The position numbers were made by a program, and so were the translations under genes. The notes under the pieces are model-generated. The model was not told the DNA's origin. It searched no databases and worked only from the letters and a program-made list of their open reading frames with translations. From Narcine bancroftii (Eukaryota): a DNA stretch of 64,000 bases. The stretch lies in NCBI RefSeq assembly GCF_036971445.1, contig NC_091480.1:84072001-84136000 (forward strand), written 5' to 3'. Shown one piece after another: positions 1 through 10,985 of the stretch (the first letter of the stretch is position 1; each line of letters begins with the position of its first letter).

Positions 1-1290
1 AAAGGGCAGGGGGAGGAGCACAGACAAAAGGTGATCATTGGACATAGGAGGACAGGAGTGGAAAGTTGAGAATTGATTGGTGGAGGAAGTGGCTCTGTGA
101 ATGCAGACCTGGAGAAAATGAGAAATAGGGATAGTGGAGCAAGAGGGAGGCTAATGGTAACCGGAGAAGTCGATGTTAATGTTATACTGTTTATTTAAAC
201 ATACAGCACAGTAACAGTCCATTTTGGCCCACAAGTCCATGCTGTCCCCTCAGTGCACCCCCAATTATCCACCCCCCTGGTACATTTTTGAACAGTGGGA
301 GGAAACCAGAGCCCCCAGAGAAAAGCCACACAGACACAGGGAGAATGGACAAACTTTCCAGACAACATGGGGTTATATATAACCCCGGTCCCGTCCCAAT
401 CACTGGCGCAGTAAATGAGTTACGCTGCTATGCCAACTGTGCTACCTTTTGGAGGGGGCCCAAACAGAATATGAGGTGGTGTTCTTCCAACTTGCAGGTA
501 GTCTCAGCCCGGTAGTGCATGAGACCATGGAAAGACATGTTGTCTTGGGAATTGAAATGGAAGGCCACTGGGAAATGCACAATGTGGCGCCGGACAGACC
601 TGAGGTGCTCAACAAAGTCTGCGCCCAGTCTCCAATGAAGAGGAGGCCACAAAAGGAACTCTTGATGCAATAGATGGCCCCTCCAGATACACAAGTAAAG
701 TGTTGTTCCCTTTGGCAGGACTTTGGAGCCCCAAATGGTGGTATGGGGGGAGGTGTGGACCCCCGCCCCCCCCCCCCCCCACAAGAGCAGCACTTCCTGT
801 GGTCACAGGGATTGGTGCCATGGGGTGATTGGTAGGAAGGGAGGAGTGGCTGAGATAGTCACAGATTGAGCAATCCCTGAAGAAGACAGAGGGGTGTGTT
901 TGATGGTGGGATCATGTAATAAGTGGCAGAGTTGAATGTAGAGACTAGTAGGGTGGTAGGTAAGGACAAGAGGAATCTGTCCTAGTTGACCATGGGAGCA
1001 GAGGGAGCCAGGGCAGATGTGCGGGTTATGGAGGATATGTGGGTGAGGGCCGAGTTGAGGGGAAACCACAATTTTTGAGGTCATCTCTGATGATCTGGCA
1101 TGGAAGACCTTGTCAAGGTAGCTGTGGGAGTGTGAAGAGGTGTCGTCGAGATACCTCAAGTACACCTCTTCACGCTCTGTCAGGATTCCATTCCTTTCTC
1201 ACATTCCTCCATCTCCGTCGCATCTATTCCCAGGATAAGGTCTTCCACGTCAGATCATCTGAGATGTCCTCCTTCAAAAAATATGGATGA
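1..1290 (-). mobile_element. Penelope-like retroelement remnant (GIY-YIG endonuclease region), interrupted by a SINE, with an inverted segment at about 1160-1290
   Basis: Minus-strand fragments ETGRRL, FVEHLRSVR, HFNS and KLEEHHLIFCLG resemble the C-terminal GIY-YIG region of Penelope-like elements. Frameshifted. Confidence 0.7.
195..445 (-). mobile_element. tRNA-derived V-SINE-like element; representative of about 16 copies (also approx. 11540-11700, 13740-13930, 15715-15900, 18965-19185, 19187-19415, 22830-23055, 28615-28850, 38060-38275, 42092-42320, 48300-48480, 51240-51460, 51765-52140, 54848-55125, 55210-55450, 61650-61810)
   Basis: Recurrent core GTAAGGAGTTTGTACGTTCTCCCCGTGTCTGCGTGGGTTTCCTCCGG..TCCGGTTTCCTCCCAC and 3' end GGGCCTGTTACCGTGCTGTATGTCTAAATTTAAA. 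The best copies (28615-28850, 54848-55125) have A/B-box-like heads. Confidence 0.75.
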
Positions 1291-2504
1291 TGTTTGGGTC
1301 ATCAGGTGCTAATTAGTTTGATTGGAGTTGTCCATCTTATTGTTATAGGGCATACCTGGGGAATTTTCCACATTGACTGATAGAGGCCAATGTTGTAACT
1401 GCACTGCCATAACTTGGCTATTGGTGGTTCTGGAGAAGATCATCAATGCAACAGCCTAATACTCCTAACCATTTATTGATAGAAGATAGGGTGGGTGGTA
1501 TTAACTGAAAACAGGCTGTGTGGTGCTGGGAGTCTCGAGCTACAAGATGGATCATCAATTCAGTGCGACTGATTGAATATGGTTTTGAACACTAGCTGTT
1601 TCAATGACCCTCACGTGCTAGTCCTTCACAGTTAATGTGGAGCAAAGATTTAGCATCTTAACACAGACACCACATGAAAAAACCCAGGCAGATGTGGAGT
1701 ATTTATTGGCTTTAATTTTATTGTTTAAAATTCTTAAGTGATTTGTTTTACAGTTTGTTCCATACAAAAGAAAAAAATGTAAGTCAAAAATAGTTGAATG
1801 AATGTTAAAATATTTACTGTGCCTTTTGTTTATTTGTTATATCAGATTAATAAGGGACAAAACTATGTTCAGGGTGGGACATGTTTATGAGGTGTTGCAT
1901 AAGTGGACTAAGTATTGGTCAATTGATGGCCACATTGTTTTAGATGGCAAATTTGTGAAAGACAGGTTAAGATATGCTGGAGAAACTGGTTCAGGCAGCG
2001 TCCACATATAGAAATAAACAGTCAGTGATTCAGGTTGGATCCCCTTCTTCAGGTCTCAATATAAGGTCCTGGTCTGAAAGATTTCTATCCATGGCTGCTA
2101 CCTGATCTTGCTGAGTTCCTCCAACTTTGCATTTAAGGTTCCACCACCTGTATTTTTTGTGATTTTTATATATAAAATGTATAATTATATACTATATAGA
2201 GAGTAGAGAAAACCAAGTTTGGAGGTCATAAAGACACAAGGGAGCTGAGAGCAGGGGCAAAGTTGAGCGACGGTTTGGGCACACAGAAAGTGGAAACAGA
2301 TCAGTTCAGTTTCATGTATTTGGGGCTGAATTAGCAGAAGGTTGATGTACACACAACTACTCTTGAAATCTGAGATTAAGGAAATAAAAACATAAGAAAC
2401 TGGAGCCGAGGGAGGCCATCTGGCCTGTGGCGCCTGCTCAATCTATCAATTAGATCATGGTTGCTCCACCTACCTGCCTTTTCTCCATAGCCATAGTTCC
2501 CCTA

Positions 2505-3354
2505 TGATCAGTCATCTCGGGGGGTGGTAGGGAAGAAGGGCACTCTACTCACATCAGAATGAGGGGTCCAGTCCCTAGAGAGCTCGGTGGACTTTAAGGC
2601 TGCATCCTCCATTGTGATTGCAATCCGGGCCACGTCCTCTAGTTTTTCTACCCCTTGCTCGAGCAAGCGCAGCCTCACTTCATTCGATCGGAGCCCGGCC
2701 ACATAGGCATCCCGGATGAGATCATTTGTGATCTCGGCAGCAGTTTTGTCCACACAGTTACAGTCCTTGCCCAACGCCTTTAATACTTGTAAATATGCCC
2801 TGGTGGACTCGCCGAGCTGTTGTTTCCTCGACGCAAGCACGAGCCGGGCATGAACTCTGTTCACCGGTTGATTATACAGTTCTTTCAGTACCTTTATGGC
2901 TGCAGTGTAAGTGGTCTCATCCTGGATGTTCTCGTAGACTCTCAAGGACACCATAGACAGCAATGCTGTTAGACGTTGGTTATCCTCCTCCACCTCAATG
3001 AATCTCAGGAAGTTTTCAAAGTTCAGCAGCCAGAAGTTAAAGGCTTTGAAGGCTGTAGCTAACTGTGGGTCGATATCAAGTTTTTCTGGCCGAGTTAAAC
3101 GCTCCATACCTTTCAAAAAAAATTCTTTTTGCTAATAAAATTGTAGAGCTCGTCGAAAGAACCAAAGACTTGTTGATCCAAACCAAGGCTTTTATTAGCA
3201 AAAGTCAGGTGGCCGACCAGTCCGGAATGATCCGACCTGGCTAGGGACACAACCCTTTAAGGCCCAGACAGTAGGCGTGGCTTAGCTCTCAGCACAGTCT
3301 AGATACAGTAACTATATACACTATATACATTGGTGATAGATCTGTACTATCACA
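2505..3354 (-). mobile_element. Truncated Gypsy-like LTR retrotransposon (5' LTR 3142-3354 plus gag 5' part), 5-bp TSD CCCTA
   Basis: The TG...CA-bounded LTR matches the solo LTR at 33902-34141. CCCTA occurs at 2500-2504 and 3355-3359. It is inserted into a CR1-like 3' fragment. Confidence 0.85.
2508..3116 (-). CDS. Gag-like capsid fragment of a Gypsy-like retrotransposon (truncated)
   Basis: RPEKLDIDP...FENFL...LKELY...ARLVLASRKQQLGESTRAYL..L..L..DCNC...LIRDAYVAGL is a typical retrotransposon gag pattern, directly downstream of the LTR. Confidence 0.8.
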   Translation of the reverse strand: MKGMERLTRPEKLDIDPQLATAFKAFNFWLLNFENFLRFIEVEEDNQRLTALLSMVSLRVYENIQDETTYTAAIKVLKELYNQPVNRVHARLVLASRKQQLGESTRAYLQVLKALGKDCNCVDKTAAEITNDLIRDAYVAGLRSNEVRLRLLEQGVEKLEDVARIAITMEDAALKSTELSRDWTPHSDVSRVPFFPTTPRDD

Positions 3355-3359
3355 CCCTA

Positions 3360-4870
3360 CTATGCAAAAATCTGTCTGACTTAAATTCCTTCAATGAGGT
3401 TAACCTCTGCTGCATTCTTGAACAGAGAATTTCAGATTGACTATGCAGAGGAAGGTCGTTCATCGATCTGTCTAAAATTTACTCCCCCAAATCGAGGTTA
3501 TTTCCCCTATTCTTGCCTCCACATGGAAACAATTTTCCTGCTTCAATCTAATCTATCCTTTTGATTTTTTTTTCTTTAAAATCTATAAAATCAAATTTTC
3601 ATTCTTCTGAACTCCAGTGAGTATATTTCGAGGTGATTCAATCTCTTGTCATAGGCTGATCCAACTGTCTCTGGAATCGACCTGGTGCACCACCTCCAAT
3701 ACATCCTTCCTTAAGTAAGAAGACTGGGACTCCGGATGCGGCCTCATCTGTACCCTGTCTAGTTGTAGCAGAACCCCACAACTCTTTAAATTCCATCCCT
3801 CTATTAATGAAGGCCAACAGTCCATTTGCCGCCTTGATCGTCTGTTGCACCGACAAACCAAACATTTGTGATTCATGTGCAAGCAGTTCCATGTCCCCCT
3901 GCTCCACAATATGCTGCAATCTTTCGCTGTTTCACTAATAAATGGATCTTCTATTTTTCCTTCCAAATTACTTTGCATTTACCAATACTGTACTCCTGCC
4001 AGACCCATACGTACTCACTGAACCTATCTATATCTCTCTGCAGGCTCTCCCCATCCTCTGCACAATTTGCTTTATCACTCAGTGTAGTCGTGGGCAGACA
4101 CGGATGCCCTGAACTTGCTCCCCTCTTCTAAATCAATGTATGTTGTGAACAGTAGTGGGCCCATCTTTGGCCCTTGTGCCACTCCACTCACCACTGATTG
4201 CCCAACCAGACAAGCATCCATTTATCCCAACTCTCTGCATTCTCTTGGTCCAGAGGTTCTCAACCTTTTTCTCTCTACTCACTTACCACTTTTAAGTATT
4301 CCCTATGCTCTGTGATTAGTAAGGGATTGCTTAAGGTGGTATGTGAATGGGAAGGGAAGGTTGAGAATCACTGCTCTAGACTCAATTTTTACTGAAATAT
4401 TGTGCTTGAGAAAATTGTCATTGACCCATTTCCTTTGAAGTTATGAAACGATGCACATAACGAGTCAATTGGGTACAAACAGTGGTTTTCAAACTTTTAC
4501 TGCCCAGATTAATCAAAACTTAATGTAAATGGAAGGAAAAAGGTTGAGAACCACTGGAACCAATCCTTTATCTGTGTTAATACATTATTTCCAACTCCAT
4601 GTATCTTTATTCATTTATAAATAAGCTTTTGCCTTCTGGAAATCTAACATCACCGGTTCCCCTCCGTGCACTGCACTCATATCCTCAAAGAATTCTGGTA
4701 AATTTGTCCAACTTGACCTGGCCTTCGTGAATCCAGTTGGAACAATCTCTATCCAAGGATCTGGCTATATCTTCCACAATGATGGCTTCAAGCGTTTTCC
4801 CAACTGCAAACGTTGAGCTAACGAGCCGATAGTTAACTTTCGACGGCACCCTCTCTTAAACTGGCATTCA
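3360..4870 (-). mobile_element. Degenerate CR1-like LINE fragments (ORF2 and 3' end)
   Basis: Minus-strand fragments QQTIKAANGLLAFINRGMEFK, VQMRPHPE and YLRKDV are typical of the CR1 ORF2 C-terminus. Confidence 0.7.
4251..4556. mobile_element. Composite hAT-type MITE pair with shared spacer (copy 1)
   Basis: CAGWGGTTYTCAA...TTGARAAYCACTG palindromic units around a spacer CTCTAGAC...; the same arrangement occurs at three other sites. Confidence 0.7.
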
Positions 4871-5675
4871 ACCACGAGTGAGCATTCAACCCATCTCGTT
4901 TCACTGGACCACATCTGTGGTGACACGTTCCCTTTTGGGAAGTTGGCATTGTTGGTTCCACCCAGTGAGACCCAGAACTTTACTTTCTTTGGATTTCGGC
5001 GTGCGGCCAAGCCTATTGATGACCTTGGTATCCCTTTCCCGATACCTGTGCAAATGGGAGTCTCCCGTCGACTTGAACTTACCCCCGCAAAGTGGACAAT
5101 TGAATGCCTCCGGCATTACAGCAGTAACAGGACGTTCAACGTATTCAGTTGACCGTGAGATGTCTTCAGACGTGGCAGCAAGGTACTGTCAATCCCTGTC
5201 TAGGTCAAGCCCGAGAATAACCCCTCAAGGAGAGCTGTCCAGCAGCAGCAGATGTGCTGGAGAAACAGCGGGCCACACAGTGCACTCTATTCAGCAGAGC
5301 TAAAGATGCGTAAACCTTCCAGGCTTGAGGAAAATCCAGCTCGGCGCTCGGGTGCCGCCCTACATTTTGCTCAAACCTCGAGGAAGAGACTGTGAGATTA
5401 CTTCAATCGTGTTTTACTCCAGATGTTGGAATCTGGTGCCAAGAAAGAATTGCTGGAGGTAGAAATGGCCAGTCAACGTTTCGAGGCGGCGACGATAAGG
5501 ACCCAGACATCAACTCGAGTTCCAGGTCAGGTCTGGCTTGCTGGGTTTCTGCAGCACGACCTTGTCTCGGTATCTCCGAAACGTCCTTTTTCTGGGTCTG
5601 ATCGGCAGACTTCCGCTAACGGAATAAAAGTTGAACAAGTTTTGCTTTGCATCGCAATGTCTGATCTCCCATCGG

Positions 5676-6439
5676 ACTGACATGAAATGATTTCAGGAGG
5701 ATTGGAATCGTGATATTTCTCGTACTGACATGAAATGATTTCAGGAGGATTGGAATCCTGATATTTCTCGTTCTGACATGAAATGATTTCAGGAGGATTG
5801 GAATCGTGATATTTCTCGTACTGACATGAAATGATTTCAGGAGGATTGGAATCCTGATATTTCTCGTACTGACATGAAATGATTTCAGGAGGATTGGAAT
5901 CCTGATATTTCTCGTACTGACATGAAATGATTTCAGGAGGATTGGAATCGTGATATTTCTCGTACTGACATGAAATGATTTCAGGAGGATTGGAATCGTG
6001 ATATTTCTCGTTCTGACATGAAATGATTTCAGGAGGATTGGAATCGTGATATTTCTCGTACTGACATGAAATGATTTCAGGAGGATTGGAATCCTGATAT
6101 TTCTCGTACTGACATGAAATGATTTCAGGAGGATTGGAATCCTGATATTTCTCATACTGACATGAAATGATTTCAGGAGGATTGGAATCCTGATATTTCT
6201 CGTACTGACATGAAATGATTTCAGGAGGATTGGAATCCTGATATTTCTCGTTCTGACATGAAATGATTTCAGGAGGATTGGAATCGTGATATTTCTCGTT
6301 CTGACATGAAATGATTTCAGGAGGATTGGAATCGTGATATTTCTCGTTCTGACATGAAATGATTTCAGGAGGATTGGAGTCGTGATATTTCTCGTTCTGA
6401 CATGAAATGATTTCAGGAGGATTGGAATCCTGATATTTC
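5676..6439. repeat. 48-bp minisatellite, about 16 copies
   Basis: Unit ACTGACATGAAATGATTTCAGGAGGATTGGAATC(G/C)TGATATTTCTCGT; 16-aa periodicity in ORF 5616..6518. Confidence 0.97.
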
Positions 6440-6785
6440 CCAATTTCAGTCGCGATCCAAGCTTTCGCTCGCCCTTTCTCTCCAGGGACGCTGTCCGAGG
6501 CCCCGCAGCTTCTCTCATTCTCTGGGATAGTGGCGAATCTGATTTTTGTCCAAGTGAGAAGTTTGGATTTTCAGGGCAATGAAGCCAACCGAGGAAGTGC
6601 GTGAAGAGTTAACATTTCCAGAGCAATATAGGGATTGACACTCGCACGTCAACCAACTTGCAACCAACCCACTGCTTCGTGGGGCTGTTGCCAAAGAGAA
6701 TCCGTCCGCTCGTTTCTTCCCTGCACTCAAAGCTGCAGCCACCACAAAGCCCCGTCGGTCGCCCGCTCGCTCCCCCGGGCTCATC

Positions 6786-8358
6786 ATGAACTTGAAAGTT
6801 TTGTTCGCCGTCTTGGCGGTGGCTTTGGCGGCGATTATCGCTCTCAACTGGATCCTGGTGGTGGGCATGTCGAGGACGGCGACGTGTTCGTTGCCCGAAG
6901 CCACGCACCAGATCTATGACATGATGGAGCAGAGTGAGAAGAAGCAGCTGTTCGCCGATCTCTCTTTCCAGGAGCTGCTGCAGGTCGAGCGGTACCTGAA
7001 GGAGAACCTGGGCGTGACCCTGGTGAACTGCAGCCGGGCGAGCCCCTCGGATAACTACATCTACATGATCAAGTTGCAACTTCCCCGGAAGGAGGACGCC
7101 TTGAGGTTTCTAGACCGCGCAGGGGATCCGCCGAAGAGGGCAGCCCGAGCCGTGGTGGTCTTCGGGGCGCAGAGTGCGCCCAACATCACGGAATACATCG
7201 TGCGCCCCCTCCCCAACCCAGCCGACCACGTGGACGTCACTGCTCGCACCTACAAGAGTCTCCACTTCAACTCCCGGCCGCTGACCTCCCTGGAGTACCA
7301 GACCATGCAGTCGAAGATAGGCTTGGAGAAACTGTCGGAGATTCTCGGGGAGAGCGGGGGGCCCGAAGGGGTGGTCGCGGTCCCTCTGGACTCGGCCCCC
7401 CGCGGTTTTCAAACGGGCGACCGGGAAACTTGGCTGATGCTCCTGAGAAACGTGAGCGGCTTCTTCATGCACCCTCTGGGTCTGGAAACGCTGCTGGATC
7501 ACAGCGCCAGGAACACCTCGAGGTGGGTCGTGAAGCAAGTGTTTTATAACGGCCAGTACTTCGACAGCGTCGACGAGCTGGTGACCCAGTACGAGAAGGG
7601 ATCGGTGCGGAGGATCACCCGCAAAAGGAGTCGCTCCGACTTCAACTACGCCTCGCTGAAGCCCCGAGGGCACTTTGCCACCTATGGCCCTGTGCCACTG
7701 GAACCGCAGGGCCAGCGATACCACGTCCTGGACAATCACGTTCGGTACTTCGACTGGGACTTCGCGTTCGGCCACAGCCCCGAGAACGGGCTGCAGCTGT
7801 TTGATGTTCGGTTCCAGAACGAGCGGGTGGTCTACGAGCTGAGCCTGCAGGAGATCAACTCGGTTTACGGAGGAGAGACGCCGGCGTTAATGAGGTGCAA
7901 GTTCCTCGACTCCCACTACGGCATTGGGGCAAGCGCCAACGAGCTGGTGAGAGGGGTGGACTGTCCCTACACCGCCACGTTCGTCTCCACCGTCCACTTC
8001 ATGAACAGCGACGGACCCGAGTGGACCAGGAATGCCATTTGTATCTTTGAGCACAATCGGGGAATCCCCCTCCGCCGCCACTTCGCCAACTGGTTCCCGC
8101 CCCACACCTACGGGGGGCTACTCGACAACGTGCTGGTCATCAGGTCAATAGCAACGGTGGGCAACTATGATTATCTCCTTGATTTCGTCTTCCACAACAA
8201 CGGGGCGATCGAGGCCAAAGTGTCCCCCACCGGGTACGCCCTGACATCGTTCGCCCCCGAAGAAGCAGCCAAAGATTACGGGGGGAAACTCGAAGAGGAC
8301 GTGTTGGGCAACGTTCACACTCACTTTTTGCACTTCAAAGCTGACCTGGATATTAGGG
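6786..8358 (+). CDS. AOC3: Membrane copper amine oxidase (AOC3/VAP-1 or AOC2-like), exon 1 of 4
   Basis: N-terminal hydrophobic anchor MNLKVLFAVLAVALAAIIAL, catalytic Asp in KFLDSHYG, TPQ motif TVGNYDY, Cu-binding HTH. Donor G|GTAGGT after 8358 (phase 1). Confidence 0.93.
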
Positions 8359-9121
8359 GTAGGTCAAGTTGATTGCACCGCCGTACACTTGGCAGCAGCT
8401 CCACGAATCACCTTCCTTTCGAAAAGAAAGTGGTGGAGGGGAATCAGAGCAGAGGTGAGGAGGAGGAGGGGGGGGGGATTGTTCTTGATCTCACATGCCC
8501 TCCTTAACAATGGAACAAATACGCTTCCCCCCCCCCCCTTCCTTTCTTTGCCCCTGTGCTCTGAAGTTTTAAACTTTGTCATCAAAACAATTCACAAGGG
8601 CACGTTCTAGATTTTATTCACTCGTGGTTACTTGTAGAAATTTCAGCTCTTTGTCCCCTCATTCCGGGGCACCGTTAGGACATTTGCTTTCACAGGTGTA
8701 GGTTGGTGCAGGTATAAGAGGTTGGAGTCTGTAGTTGCCATTCTCCCAATGAGGATCAGAGTTATGCCAATGGAAGAAGCCATGACGTGGCTGAAAACCA
8801 GCATAAAGCAGTAACACATCACCCAAATCATTAAAATGAAAGAGCGTGCTGGCCAGCCTAGTAATCTCAAAGGGACGGGTATTCTGACGACAGAAGAATT
8901 CTCATCATCGTGGAGAAATATCCCCAAAAGTATATCTGACAAATCAGAAACACTCTTCAGGAGGACAGTGTGGATATATCAATGACTGCTGTGTGCAGAA
9001 CATTTCATGAACAGAAGTACAGAGGCTACACTACAATTTCTTCCCCATTTGTTAACTCCATTCATCTTTTGACAGCTGTTCCAGAGCGAATCAGGCAGTT
9101 CATAATTTTATATCATCAGTG

Positions 9122-10475
9122 CATTTTATTTCTACCTTCCAATTGGTCCCGACTGGTTCCCAACTCCATTTTATTTCTACCTTCCGATTGGTCCCGACTG
9201 GTTCCTATCTCCATTTCATTTCTACCTTCCGATTGGTCCCGACTGGTTCCCAACTCCATTTTATTTCTACCTTCCAATTGGTCCCGACTGGTTCCCAACT
9301 CCATTTTATTTCTACCTTCCAATTGGTCCCGACTGGTTCCCAACTCCATTTTATTTCTACCTTCCAATTGGTCCCGACTGGTTCCCAACTCCATTTTATT
9401 TCTACCTTCCAATTGGTCCCGACTGGTTCCCAACTCCATTTTATTTCTACCTTCCAATTGGTCCCGACTGGTTCCCAACTCCATTTTATTTCTACCTTCC
9501 GATTGGTCCCGACTGGTTCCCAACTCCATTTTATTTCTACCTTCCGATTGGTCCCGACTGGTTCCCAACTCCATTTTATTTCTACCTTCCGATTGGTCCC
9601 GACTGGTTCCCAACTCCCATTTTATTTCTACCTTCCGATTGGTCCCGACTGGTTCCCAACTCCATTTTATTTCTACTTTCCAATTGGTCCCGACTGGTTC
9701 CCAACTCCATTTTATTTCTACCTTCCAATTGGTCCCGACTGGTTCCCAACTCCATTTTATTTCTACCTTCCAATTGGTCCCGACTGGTTCCCAACTCCAT
9801 TTTATTTCTACCTTCCAATTGGTCCCGACTGGTTCCCAACTCCATTTTATTTCTACCTTCCAATTGGTCCCGACTGGTTCCCAACTCCATTTTATTTCTA
9901 CCTTCCAATTGGTCCCGACTGGTTCCCAACTCCATTTTATTTCTACCTGCCAATTGGTCCCGACTGGTTCCCAACTCCATTTTATTTCTACCTTCCAATT
10001 GGTCCCGACTGGTTCCCAACTCCATTTTATTTCTACCTTCCAATTGGTCCCGACTGGTTCCCAACTCCATTTTATTTCTACCTTCCAATTGGTCCCGACT
10101 GGTTCCCAACTCCATTTTATTTCTACCTTCCAATTGGTCCCGACTGGTTCCCAACTCCATTTTATTTCTACCTTCCAATTGGTCCCGACTGGTTCCCAAC
10201 TCCATTTCATTTCTACCTTCCAATTGGTCCCGACTGGTTCCCAACTCCATTTTATTTCTACCTTCCAATTGGTCCCGACTGGTTCCCAACTCCATTTTAT
10301 TTCTACCTTCCAATTGGTCCCGACTGGTTCCCAACTCCATTTTATTTCTACCTTCCGATTGGTCCCGACTGGTTCCCAACTCCATTTTATTTCTACCTTC
10401 CGATTGGTCCCGACTGGTTCCCAACTCCATTTTATTTCTACCTTCCAATTGGTCCCGACTGGTTCCCAACTCCAT
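9122..10475. repeat. 45-bp minisatellite, about 30 copies, in AOC3 intron 1
   Basis: Unit CCATTTTATTTCTACCTTCC(A/G)ATTGGTCCCGACTGGTTCCCAACT; a single extra C near 9616 shifts the frames. Confidence 0.97.
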
Positions 10476-10589
10476 TGGTTTCCTCTGCTGCATGAAAATC
10501 TTTTGATCTCGTTATTCCAACGCATCTTTCTACAATCTCCCACGTTCCGCCCTCTGAAAACACAGCGGTGGACCAGTGAGGGGTTCGAC

Positions 10590-10985
10590 AGCTGAGGGAC
10601 TCACACAGGCTGTGGGTGACCTGCGTTTGGGGGACTCGCGTGGGCTACGGGCTGCTGTAGGCTGGCTCATGGGAACCAGGTATCAGAGCTTAGATTTGAG
10701 AGGGTGCTGAGGGCCAGAAGGGCTCCCAACGGGCGCTGAAAGCTTCGTGATCGTGTCGGCGGTTGAATCTGGAGCTCGGGCTGAATCAAACAGTAGTCTG
10801 TCCATTTGCAGAGGCTGTGGGAGCACTGAATGGGAATCAGTGACCCTAAAGGGACTCTCCTTGCTTCTCTTTCTCTAACTATAAGGGCAACACTAATAAC
10901 GATCTTTACAGCAGGCAGAAGGCAATTTTCTGTAACGTTACACGTTTTGTACTATTACATGACATAAAGGAACGTAGAATATTGC
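10590..10985 (+). mobile_element. Non-coding retroposon family (related copies at about 17850-18190 minus and 50050-50335 plus)
   Basis: Shared TTTGAGAGGGTGCTGAGGGC.AGAAG core and a 3' end ...ATTACATGACATAAAGGAA related to the SINE tail at 43950-44083. Confidence 0.55.

Noticed and set aside
5616-6518. 300-aa repetitive ORF
   Set aside because: It is the translation of the 48-bp minisatellite, which happens to lack stops in that frame.
6515-8333. Antisense ORFs over AOC exon 1
   Set aside because: Shadow ORFs of GC-rich coding sequence with no recognisable motifs.
5676-10475. Possible CRISPR arrays
   Set aside because: Units are head-to-tail with no unique spacers, there are no cas genes, and the context is eukaryotic.
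8970-10595. Four overlapping ORFs of 303-541 aa
   Set aside because: Artefacts of the 45-bp intronic tandem repeat.
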